Below are positions 26,301-29,787 of a stretch of 34,788 nucleotides of DNA, piece after piece (position 1 is the first letter of the stretch; every line of letters begins with the position of its first letter). The notes below the pieces were generated by a model. The model did not search any database. It had not been told where the DNA came from and saw nothing but the letters and a program-made list of their open reading frames with translations. A program made the translations under genes and the position numbers. Source of the stretch: Candidatus Woesearchaeota archaeon (GTDB lineage Archaea; Nanobdellota; Nanobdellia; Pacearchaeales; GW2011-AR1); the NCBI GenBank assembly GCA_964365195.1, contig CAYIPM010000001.1, forward strand, positions 1-34,788, in the 5' to 3' direction.

Positions 26301-29300
26301 TAAATCTTTCTCACTACAACCGATACCAGATGTTTACAATGACTTTGAAAATGGCGAAGAAATTTATTTCTTGGATTCAGAAAATAATCCTGTTTTAGTT
26401 AAGAGCATTGAAAAAATTCCTTATTCAGGAAAAATATATGATGTTGATGTGAAGAATGATATTGTGCTGGTCCGCCGCGCGGACAGCGACGGGAATTCTG
26501 TTGCAGTGTGGAGCGGGAATAGTAATAATGGGACACTGATTCGAGCTGGAACTAATAAACCTGTTATAAATACTACCTTCTGTAAATATGGCAATTGCAT
26601 GACGTTTCATGACTTGAATGATTCATTGAATGCATCGACTGGAGTGGGGCTACTTTTAGGAAATGGCTCAACAAATTTTTCAATAAGTTTGTGGTATTAT
26701 GAAAGTGTTAATAATGAAAATAAAGGATTAGTGTGGTTTCGTCCAGCAAATCAAGATAGAAGTGTTTCACTTTTTAGACAATCAAATAAAGTAATTGCAA
26801 CTCTCAATGATTTAAGTGTAGTTATGAGATCAAATACGACGGTGACACAGAATCAGTGGTATCATGTTGTATTAACCTATGATGGCAGTGTTGCTTCTTT
26901 ATTTCTTCAAGGAGTCATTGATAATACTACTATATATTCTACTCCTGTTAATTTTTCAGGATCTAGTTTTATCGTGGGAACATATTATAGTTTAGTAGAT
27001 AGTAGTTCTTTCAACGGCTCTATCGATGAAGTTGGTGTTTGGAACAGAAGTCTTTCACGAGAAGAAATCAAACAACTCTATCAATCTCGCTTGAAAAAAT
27101 TGGTTTCGGCAAACGGCGGCGTGAATGACACGTACTTGCAGATGGTGAATTCTTCGACGGCTGGAAATTTCACGGTGAATTTGCGTTCAGATAACATGAG
27201 CTATTGGAATGTTGCTCTTAATCAAAGCGGGCTTGTATTGGGATTGCGGCAAAGTTATAATTATAATATGAGCGCGACAGATAGAGCAAACACCATAAAT
27301 AATTCTGGATTGCGCACGGTGTTTGGCAATTCTAAGCCAGAATTTATCAGTGTGGGTTATGTTGCTAATGATAGTGAGGGAGTTGATCCATCGACGATAA
27401 TTGTGGTGACAGTTAATGTAACTGATGTTGATAGTAATTTTGATACGGCGATTTTACAATGGAAAAATATGAGCCAGATCTGGACAAATGTGACAATGGT
27501 GAATATAACTGCAAAGGGAGTGTACACGATGGTGAATACAAGTTTTACCACACCTGCGTATGATACTAATGTTACGTTTCGAATTTTTGCGAATGACACC
27601 TTAGGTGATTCTAATTTTTCCCTTAATTATACTTTGAATAGCTCGTATGATTGCACCTGGGCCGCAACGGCGGATTTAGGCGCTATTGCCGGCTGGGACG
27701 AAAATAAACGCGTCGGAAATATTTCCATTAATAATACGGGAGATTCAGCGTTTGTAACTGCAAATTGTTCGCTTGATTTTCGTTTGAATTATAATTTGGC
27801 AGAAGGAAGAATTTATTTTAATCAAGATTATGTGAAACCGTCGAATACTATCACGCTGTCTGCAAAACAAAATACGAGCATTGTGGTGAATGCAAGCTTT
27901 TTATCAGAAATTAAAGAAGAAAGTGTTAACATTACTGTTGATGAATTTCGCTCACGATCCAATATGACTGAAATTAATACAACATTGACTCTTGTTTCAA
28001 ATCAGGCAGGGCCGTATTTATATCAGAAAATAGCTGCAGCACCGACATCGATTGATTTACAATCAGGCAATAATTTCAGCTTGCAAGGATACATTCGAAA
28101 TTTAATGGGAACACTGACGGCAAATGTAACTAATAGCGCGTATAACGTTAGTTTTAATTGGAGTGTTCCTAGTGGCTTTACCAATTTATCCGGCGAGCTT
28201 GAAGTGAGTTTAGTTAATATGACCAATAACAGTTTAATTTATAATAATGTGAATGTGAGTTTTAGTAGTCTTGCGTCGATGACTGATGGTGTTAAAACAT
28301 TTTATTTGTATGCACAGGGATATAATATCACTGGCGGAGCAATTAAAGATGCGTTGAATAATACATTATTAACGCAGCAAATGAATATTACTTTCCTTTG
28401 CTATGCCACGAGTGATTCTGTTTGTGTTACGGATTGCGGCAGCACGCAGGATCCTGATTGCTCTGCTGCGGGTTCATCGTCGAGCTCGTCTTCGGGCAGC
28501 GGCGGCGGAGGGGGCAGCTCTACGAAAAAAGAGGAAAAATCAGAAGCAACTTTTGAATTATTGCGTGGAAAAAATCAGGAATTTATTTTACCCATCACTA
28601 ATAAACTTACTAGCTCAAAAGAAAACATTGTTATCAGTGTGAGCGGGCTTAATGCGCAGTACATACAAATAATTCCTGATCATCTTGACTTTATTGCATC
28701 GGGCAGCTCGCGTGATGTTCGGGTCAAAATCACTGCGCCGGATTATTTTGTTGCAGGCACCTATACATTGACATTTTTTATTAGCGGTGATTTAGTTTTT
28801 AACGGCAGCCGCACGCAGTTTTCTGAACGCAAATTTGTGACTCTTTATGTAATTGAAATGTCGCGCGATGAAGCCGACGAGTTTTTAAGGAATGCTGAAA
28901 AATTAGTTGATGAAATGAAAAAAGCAGGCATGATTGTTGATAAAGCAGATGCATTATTTTCTGCAATAGAAGAAACTCATGCCGCAGTTAATTTTTTAGA
29001 GATGAAGAATCATTATGAACAACTCAAGGAAATTCACGACGCTGCATTTGCTTCTTTAAAAATTATCACCGATCTTAATGAAAAGATACAACAGGCAGAA
29101 AAACAGGGAATTGATGTAAGTGAAACTAAAAAATTATTTTATGTTGCTCAGGCAGCGTATAGCCGCGGTGATTATATCCTCGCGATTAAGCAGCTTAAAG
29201 AAGCGCAATTAAGCTATGCCCTTGAAACAAAAGGAGAATTTAATGTTTTGTATGCCATCAAAAATAATCCGGGAAAATCTGCCGCAGGTTTTCTTTTAGC

Positions 29301-29787
29301 TTTATTAATTGGATTTGGCTCTTCTTTTGCAGTGCGACTGCATATCTATAAATCCAAATTAAAATATTTAAGAGAAGAAGAAAAATTATTGCTTGGTCTG
29401 ATGCGCGCGGTGCAGATTGAATGTTTCCAGAATAATAAAATGTCAATGGAAGAATATGATCTCGCGATGAATCATTATGAATTAAAATTACGGGAGACTA
29501 TCGAGGATAAAATTAGAATTGAGACACAACTTGCGAGCTTGTTTAAAATAGGCGGCAGAAAAAAAGCGCTGTTTGAAGAACGAAAGCGGCTTATTGAGAT
29601 GATTAAGAAAGCGCAGAGTGATTATCTTAAAGAAGGAAGCCTTGAAACGCGCGTGTATGAAAATATGCTGAAATCGTATTCTTCCCGCTTGTCTGAAGTT
29701 GAAGAACACATTGCGACACTGGACGCCTCTGAAGCGCTGGAAGAAAATAAATTTATTAAAAAAATCTTAGCGAGGTTTGGATTATGA
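14320..29787 (+). CDS. Giant (5155 aa) surface protein: N-terminal signal anchor, 8 LamG/Laminin_G_3-like repeats, Ig-like modules, Ser/Gly linker, coiled coil, C-terminal TM anchor; interrupted by three intein-like elements
   Basis: Single open frame. The motif (N/A)(G/A)(S/T)(I/M)DEVxhaN(R/S/K)(S/T)h, where h = hydrophobic and a = aromatic (Y/F/W), recurs 8 times. The domain-start motif D-x-SG-x-G-NNGT...FDG.DDY recurs. N-x-S/T sequons are very frequent. Ser/Gly linker at 28471..28521. TM helix around 29281..29340. Confidence 0.85.
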   Translation: MKKKEASDVEKKKRHEQYNLIMIFLIILVGVVVIFAAYTISTFSSSESIDTNVTQENNFSHLTINNDVAPYNSLVLYMSFDENFSRYANVSYDYSANGNDGRFIFNNGTSKYNSTGLYGGMVSFDNDGDYINVSTANNLDFGLSPFAISMWVLAGDPTDNLDGFLSKDNYAGGTTYVGYLLNIQAGPRCSFETRNITGGVGPDSRVFSIATISSNVWTHIVAVRNATSPAALQIFVNGVLDNYTIESSATNVTNNASLTLGVINSFTPLQFFNGSIDEVMIFNSSLNSSEILKIYQNQSSRFKNPGKQELKAFNTTLTAGWIRVQEEDQQLFSTNLTKRIGQWNVSKGYKDWDFTANTYGSFDGVNDYVDLGNTLPFDFNTPFTISAWIKHSMTSSINFISKQENSGNYRGYGLGTAVSGKYEFFIYNNGGITVDASANHNDGQWRHVLFTYSGNSDANGVTFYLDGNPAASTIVTNTSVASILTTASLQLNGRAGANNLFAGSIDEVRIYNRSLNATDILEINASGRSANASINSTGLVLWMPFAEDGYVNDKVLVADRSGLNNDGVRNNGTDYGGENLVNGSLVLYMHFDNISTVGENDTLVKDWSGRGNNGTAFNGVRVNTTGKYGGAMTFDGVDDYVNVTHNSIFNINNSITLSAWVKTIDGTSNYIITKNEDSWFLAIGADASTTNKFSFFLTPFSLVWLGSSSDINDGIWHHVVGTYNGSVKSVFVDGIQENSTNITGAIGTGASSVLIGHRPLLSAYFNGSIDEVMIFNRSLSASEITKLYIKGRAKFNYTDYQHTSNEYLRVDKDSTMCILDYRFNATNYTNPFYTPLLFTSSANPLNISDDTISPSVIINAPANATIGTRNITFNITATDGAVVDNCTYSIDTIINVSLTNSVANDYTHTNSSLGEGSHTARFYCADASNNINNTETRTFYVDAPPLITITFPTNNSFYNYNVSVINYTYSEINPGSCWYSTDKGFTNSSTVAMGTNFSSVTSLVDANNWTVYCNDSSNRLNSTIVSFVKDLTFPQIDFDSRTPANATVTPNTTVIVNISIVELYPDEIKYNWNGTNFTLMNDSLVLFMNMDNRSSLGENDTLVADVSGYCYDNETEILTLEEVDCGDYLEEIENGNYYVDDENIIIGKRNENLIQDKNYDGSIENEKKKVGSNRIVKPNRLIHDYTYCNDKEYLNISVHLNENVGVAEWLLQPLDTRCPSGFVGSIPTPDGLFENSQKCYIKSWNYFVELDGDEKVMTLDSSTGEKEWQVPTERQEFENNGEMYSIKTIDEEGKEGELVVSEKHRVYTASESFFNSVDTSLVEIPKPMLNNKTSYVHNLQPLDTHNAINSSSFEWFFNNCFAFGNETLYSSKGTNVILLKMSCTNVSNLFSDSFVLDSNSFLCLSNSSLSFKGANKSSWELNTISKISPCEISIRNKMFESRTTVRGIYNNPLLTKSSCIDFLTFSDNSSASFWVNCDSDIISLASVNSSLFENSLSVFDNARSNSFLNTSGISTLIDISAIENSMNTDYKKLSIEDFSLQPVSEMYEEFTNSKEIYFLDSENNPVRVSSIEKIPYSGKMYDVDVENDIVLVRRNNGASKINNQLLKNKSSLLDINPVMMVKIFKNNSITFYRKEKNKTSNLNSFKVTQIMPKILEMHDSNNVHFSNLSYLFLYSEKQRKVFLFEFSQDVVNFRSVYLHNESQNLLNSSTVIDLPDNFLEDFNFSTYFSFNSNSSTGYQSILSQNSWSSNDKVPDCMNFSNIDCFINLITAFDNNSKSNFMELSDLSNISAIKNDKSNGYLSFSIGEFSNLINSGEEEASKRKETNADDSHFEKASSEAFASEETGIWSGNSNNGTGVNGVKVNTTGRYGGAFTFDGKDDVINTTLLFNSTQGTWSAWISVPSFTLEGGFGRRVLHQSDNAGNHEINLNTNDNSRVRWSGYGTSYVWNFNSNETLSTNTWYHIVGTYNGSYAALYLNGQLSNSSTQTGPVGDANRTVAIGRINFQVNGHFNGSIDEVQLWNKSLSSTEIYQLYASNLYKFNQTQWYLTVNQSKNTTNGLDNGTYTYYAYSKDNGGNANMTDVRTITSDTEAPNATLLTPVNNSFVTNGSQNFSANLTDTYGLKNATLNVYPSANNSWLEFDGVDDSVNMGTTGGNVSGNITISVWVFPAATQNDYARIISKENAGGPVNQGWGIEQDFNTINKYYFFWYGSAGGGSGSGSNITSTLVANKWNHFVITLSNSNVIQYVNGVQTNSSTGLGTMVQQPTASLLLGTWFGDTTRFWNGTMDEVRVYNRSINATEVLDIYRSGLLRNPTLNSTGLVSWWDFEQASGTILVDQVGLNNGTINGSTWRNFHRQFFSFASGTTSALVGTVLGLLEGTYNWFYQLFDMAGNIFTSSNFSVTIDTVYPLVSFDSRTPANATTTPNVSVTINISIVEQYLDELKYNWNGTNYTYMNDSLVLLMNFDNRSALGENDTLVADVSGYCYDNETEILTLEEVDCGDYLEEIENGNYYVDDENIIIGKRNENLIQDKNYFDRDQLKNNEKEKEVFDVTPKALLVMQDNVLTDYNNYEINNYINFSVDNHHAEDASEALLVMQQTDTLRLNGLSGSTPDWGDSALENSPTCYVEKWKYFNDLSGTEKVMTLNQKTGEQEWQLPKEKQEFENTGEMYSITTIDEEGNKGELVVSEKHRVYASEGIGIISNVSGNNLIRLPSNSDDFISFNSDSNAVIRSWVLSCGILNHTTENIFSFENFKAFEKCRSLVISTLCSDFENVANDPFESSFGLEIMSYPCSFKNFSSLNFTFSSRKNLTERELDIVTSFKNICGILQSSSNMSLCQRRIILENFIKSHSSPQHFQDLPDHDSGSLKSWSSSTDFTVCNNIGVNFDSHCIMNRQDLYKSFSLQPITAVYKDFENGEDIYFLTEDNTPVLITSIEKVPYSGKMYDVDVKNDIVLVRRADSDGEYGSAVWSGNSNNGTAINGVKVNTTDCKYGNCDTFDGINDYINSTVVSSNINNKTLSAWVKLAYLGQGGGGLVTVQTLDGNIFDSIVYNETGLGWGFGSNVYRRTAWSGLVETSTDWIHIAATYTNGSYVLYRNGIAIVTNTTLSVLNFNSSTAHVVIGRRHTTGGANTYLNASIDEVYVWNRTLSASEVYELYASNLYKFNQTQWYLTVNQSKNTSSGLDNGTYTYYAYSKDNGGNANMTDVRTITSDTEAPNATLLTPVNASFVTNGSQNFSANLTDNLGLKNATLYVYPSANNSWLEFDGVDDVINITRNETLEPTKNLTVSVWIRHTTNTRYVLSKHYDGGASSYAIDVADDNVQFYVRNGTGSSHFRNAISGTATNGNTWHHVVGTVNDSSVAIYVDSVLKASTAITGAIVYNSGNLSIGNFVDTPASFSFNGSIDEVRIYNRTLSSTEITEIYKSGLLRNASINNTGLVSWWDFEQATGTNLVDQVGLNNGTISGATWRNFHRQFFSFSSGTTSALVGTIFGLLDGAYNWFYQLFDYAGNIFTTSNFTTTIDTSAPQIDFVTPTLSNGSAANSDFLVNVTISEQYLSNISWYWNNTRFVYGENFSLVSPENISRGLVLLYNFDNESTYGENDTNVFDFSGYCYDNETEILTLEEVNCGDYLEEIENGDYYVDDGEIIIGKKNENLIQDKNYFDRNQLKNNEKEKATNAASMVTHNFTGYVSNNENKYLNFSFDKTAVGDDPVASVVMRRSNKPNLHGYPGSIPGWSESPTLDNLKNSENKCYIKSWKYFNELSGDEKVMTLDSSTGEKEWQVPTERQEFDEDKEMYEIVMEDANGEESNLVVSEKHRVYFSDFDNNIPFNPKIVNPISFPDSDCLAIMPEPKSTLIAFSGFPNEMYNTSASSSYSHDDLSDFPINSSIVSFYFLTYLNKKQLGQNRLSETALCMQHLDACCLLQESCQTFLSQEENLHLLVEQYKDCLAFPKYYPLGFSSQDDYCTYVSIVFQSVLSEHHSLKKQFSSDYCNKNELYKSFSLQPIPDVYNDFENGEEIYFLDSENNPVLVKSIEKIPYSGKIYDVDVKNDIVLVRRADSDGNSVAVWSGNSNNGTLIRAGTNKPVINTTFCKYGNCMTFHDLNDSLNASTGVGLLLGNGSTNFSISLWYYESVNNENKGLVWFRPANQDRSVSLFRQSNKVIATLNDLSVVMRSNTTVTQNQWYHVVLTYDGSVASLFLQGVIDNTTIYSTPVNFSGSSFIVGTYYSLVDSSSFNGSIDEVGVWNRSLSREEIKQLYQSRLKKLVSANGGVNDTYLQMVNSSTAGNFTVNLRSDNMSYWNVALNQSGLVLGLRQSYNYNMSATDRANTINNSGLRTVFGNSKPEFISVGYVANDSEGVDPSTIIVVTVNVTDVDSNFDTAILQWKNMSQIWTNVTMVNITAKGVYTMVNTSFTTPAYDTNVTFRIFANDTLGDSNFSLNYTLNSSYDCTWAATADLGAIAGWDENKRVGNISINNTGDSAFVTANCSLDFRLNYNLAEGRIYFNQDYVKPSNTITLSAKQNTSIVVNASFLSEIKEESVNITVDEFRSRSNMTEINTTLTLVSNQAGPYLYQKIAAAPTSIDLQSGNNFSLQGYIRNLMGTLTANVTNSAYNVSFNWSVPSGFTNLSGELEVSLVNMTNNSLIYNNVNVSFSSLASMTDGVKTFYLYAQGYNITGGAIKDALNNTLLTQQMNITFLCYATSDSVCVTDCGSTQDPDCSAAGSSSSSSSGSGGGGGSSTKKEEKSEATFELLRGKNQEFILPITNKLTSSKENIVISVSGLNAQYIQIIPDHLDFIASGSSRDVRVKITAPDYFVAGTYTLTFFISGDLVFNGSRTQFSERKFVTLYVIEMSRDEADEFLRNAEKLVDEMKKAGMIVDKADALFSAIEETHAAVNFLEMKNHYEQLKEIHDAAFASLKIITDLNEKIQQAEKQGIDVSETKKLFYVAQAAYSRGDYILAIKQLKEAQLSYALETKGEFNVLYAIKNNPGKSAAGFLLALLIGFGSSFAVRLHIYKSKLKYLREEEKLLLGLMRAVQIECFQNNKMSMEEYDLAMNHYELKLRETIEDKIRIETQLASLFKIGGRKKALFEERKRLIEMIKKAQSDYLKEGSLETRVYENMLKSYSSRLSEVEEHIATLDASEALEENKFIKKILARFGL
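17929..18010 (+). tRNA. tRNA-like cloverleaf 1 (82 nt, long variable arm, anticodon-loop TTGATAC), translated in frame within the intein
   Basis: Acceptor GTCGGGG/CCCTGAC. D arm GCAG-AATGGTTA-TTAC (weak). Anticodon arm ACCGC-TTGATAC-ACGGT. Variable arm GCCC-TTCG-GGGT-TT. T arm GTGGG-TTCGATT-CCCAC. Discriminator G. Confidence 0.55.
18237..18662 (-). CDS. PIN-domain toxin (VapC-like), antisense within intein 1
   Basis: MPLTVVLDSNILFRIL (N-terminal PIN Asp) and a later acidic DEEFIALC. 141 aa. Starts directly after the upstream small ORF. Its stop TAA is the complement of the sense GTT TAT of block B. Confidence 0.65.
   Translation of the reverse strand: MPLTVVLDSNILFRILISQGDILEIVFNSQLDLLAPLKLKEEFERHKKELLSKTKLSEKRFDTFVQLIFKRITFVPLEEYKVSLPKAKQLLKNHSKDEEFIALCVSKGCKLWTYEVLLFNIGFGISTKEVSTELKKLSDAV
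18663..18884 (-). CDS. Putative antitoxin (73 aa, helical, K/E-rich) of the PIN toxin
   Basis: Small ORF abutting the PIN start (0-nt gap). TATA-like element about 26 nt upstream. Confidence 0.5.
   Translation of the reverse strand: MAEISIKVEIPEVFKKEFERALSKTLKEFSNKLELTLAKEIISESQFTQKDADELSEKVKKSMHDDLVKRGLL
18906..18916 (-). promoter_or_regulatory. TATA-box-like element for antisense cassette A
   Basis: The minus strand reads GTTTTTTATAA, centred about 26 nt upstream of the ATG at 18884. Confidence 0.45.
19147..19416 (-). CDS. RelE/ParE-family toxin, antisense within intein 1
   Basis: ILRKLKKKD..QKKITQI...KNLRHDLSNFKRVQIGSFVLLFSVKGDTIIFEDFDHHDRIY follows the RelE/StbE pattern. 89 aa, with 4-nt overlap to the upstream ORF. 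Confidence 0.65.
   Translation of the reverse strand: MKIDTSKIDDILRKLKKKDFPLFFAVQKKITQIAEMNIIAIMHFKNLRHDLSNFKRVQIGSFVLLFSVKGDTIIFEDFDHHDRIYIKKR
19413..19694 (-). CDS. Putative antitoxin (93 aa) of the RelE-like toxin
   Basis: Translationally coupled (ATGA) to the RelE-like gene. TATA-like CTTAAATAA about 26 nt upstream. Confidence 0.45.
   Translation of the reverse strand: MAEMLLKSDNSIKLDFELLSKAVIRLMKQSIFEKFMQSGTLSLDDQEFCDKIDWYPVDEFELKEKYVEKLKSSKKLSGKSMTVDEFNKFCDSL
19716..19724 (-). promoter_or_regulatory. TATA-box-like element for antisense cassette B
   Basis: The minus strand reads CTTAAATAA, centred about 26 nt upstream of the ATG at 19694. Confidence 0.4.
22081..22162 (+). tRNA. tRNA-like cloverleaf 2 (82 nt; the best-formed copy)
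   Basis: Acceptor GCCTCAG/CTGGGGC (7 bp including one T-G). D arm GCAT-TGTTGGTA-ATGC. Anticodon arm GCAGA-CTGATAC-TCTGC. Variable arm GTCT-TAAC-GGAC-TT. T arm TCGGG-TTCGACT-CCCGA. Discriminator G. Confidence 0.6.
22392..22766 (-). CDS. DUF5615 (Mut7-C/PIN-like) toxin, antisense within intein 2
   Basis: From the internal ATG: MSNSRSVKFLRDENVKLRLEKFLKEHGYDI...VLITNDRHF, a typical DUF5615 pattern. The track ORF extends to 22814. Its stop again lies in the complement of block-B GTT TAT. Confidence 0.7.
   Translation of the reverse strand: MSNSRSVKFLRDENVKLRLEKFLKEHGYDIISKPKELSNGSLATFSKSEQRVLITNDRHFSNALKFSKEKIFSVVWLRIPQDKTQLLITAFESLLKEIKSSEFEGNLIKLFPDTFEIIPIPSEA
22744..22983 (-). CDS. DUF433 antitoxin-like protein, antisense within intein 2
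   Basis: INPYIVADSEICGGTPTFKGTRIMVWQILEMLRGGMALNEIFKDYPSLTKAHIAAALQYA matches the DUF433 consensus. Confidence 0.8.
   Translation of the reverse strand: MRVEINPYIVADSEICGGTPTFKGTRIMVWQILEMLRGGMALNEIFKDYPSLTKAHIAAALQYAADILKGSDNVQFPLR
23005..23015 (-). promoter_or_regulatory. TATA box for antisense cassette C
   Basis: The minus strand reads GATTTATATAA, centred about 26 nt upstream of the ATG at 22983. On the sense strand it encodes the conserved LYKS. Confidence 0.5.
25438..25519 (+). tRNA. tRNA-like cloverleaf 3 (82 nt; degenerate anticodon stem)
   Basis: Acceptor GATCCAG/CTGGAGC (6 of 7 bp). D arm GCAT-CAGTGGTA-ATGC. Anticodon arm CAGGT-CTAATAA-ACCGA (only 3 bp). Variable arm ACCT-TCAC-GGGT-AT. 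T arm CCGGG-TTCGATT-CCCGG. Confidence 0.5.
25764..25973 (-). CDS. DUF2283-like small protein (antitoxin-like), antisense within intein 3
   Basis: WEYDEEADVLYISFGKPEKAISVDLGSGIIARQSESGKLIGFTILG matches the DUF2283 pattern. Its stop lies in the complement of block-B GTT TAT. Confidence 0.7.
   Translation of the reverse strand: MEELIGKSDKSSWEYDEEADVLYISFGKPEKAISVDLGSGIIARQSESGKLIGFTILGLKGILLSKSLK
25961..26272 (-). CDS. Putative toxin (about 104 aa, family not recognised) coupled to the DUF2283-like gene
   Basis: From the ATG at 26272 (the track ORF starts at a GTG at 26314). LKHMYNNHPEM...ILETLNNPYIV...GFVLTAFY. 13-nt overlap with the downstream gene. TATA about 28 nt upstream. Confidence 0.4.
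   Translation of the reverse strand: MKIAFSVNGVPIRLTEKQLKHMYNNHPEMKSQEDNILETLNNPYIVQQGDVGSLLAIKKFDKTPVTNNKHLNVAYKELSQTDGFVLTAFYSSKLKNRKILWKN
26296..26306 (-). promoter_or_regulatory. TATA box for antisense cassette D
   Basis: The minus strand reads GATTTATATAA, centred about 28 nt upstream of the ATG at 26272. On the sense strand it encodes LYKS. Confidence 0.5.

Larger units (their letters stand above)
25144..26520 (+). mobile_element. Intein-like Hint element 3 (459 aa) with tRNA-like insert and one antisense TA cassette
   Basis: CYDNETEILTLEEVNCGDYLEEIENG; SNLVVSEKHRVY; SIEKIPYSGKIYDVDVKNDIVLVRRADSDGNSVAVWSGN|S. Confidence 0.75.

Noticed and set aside
15310-29709. Other short minus-strand and alternate-frame ORFs within the giant gene (e.g. 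15310..15492, 16072..16254, 19809..19991, 21231..21431, 21875..22281, 23130..24158, 24682..24891, 26425..26610, 27357..27599, 28023..28226, 28403..28642, 29258..29709)
   Set aside because: They are 60-90 codons long with no recognisable motifs, no partner genes and no TATA at the expected distance. Several lie opposite repeated LamG sequence. They are treated as chance ORFs, unlike the four paired cassettes.
14320-29787. The giant ORF might be an annotation artefact or a pseudogene broken by insertions of TA islands and tRNA genes
   Set aside because: The frame is uninterrupted for 15.5 kb in AT-rich DNA, including across all the inserts. The inserts are bounded by intein-type residues (Cys1, terminal Asn, +1 Ser). 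Removing them restores the repeat consensus. Assembly artefacts in the repeats cannot be excluded from sequence alone.
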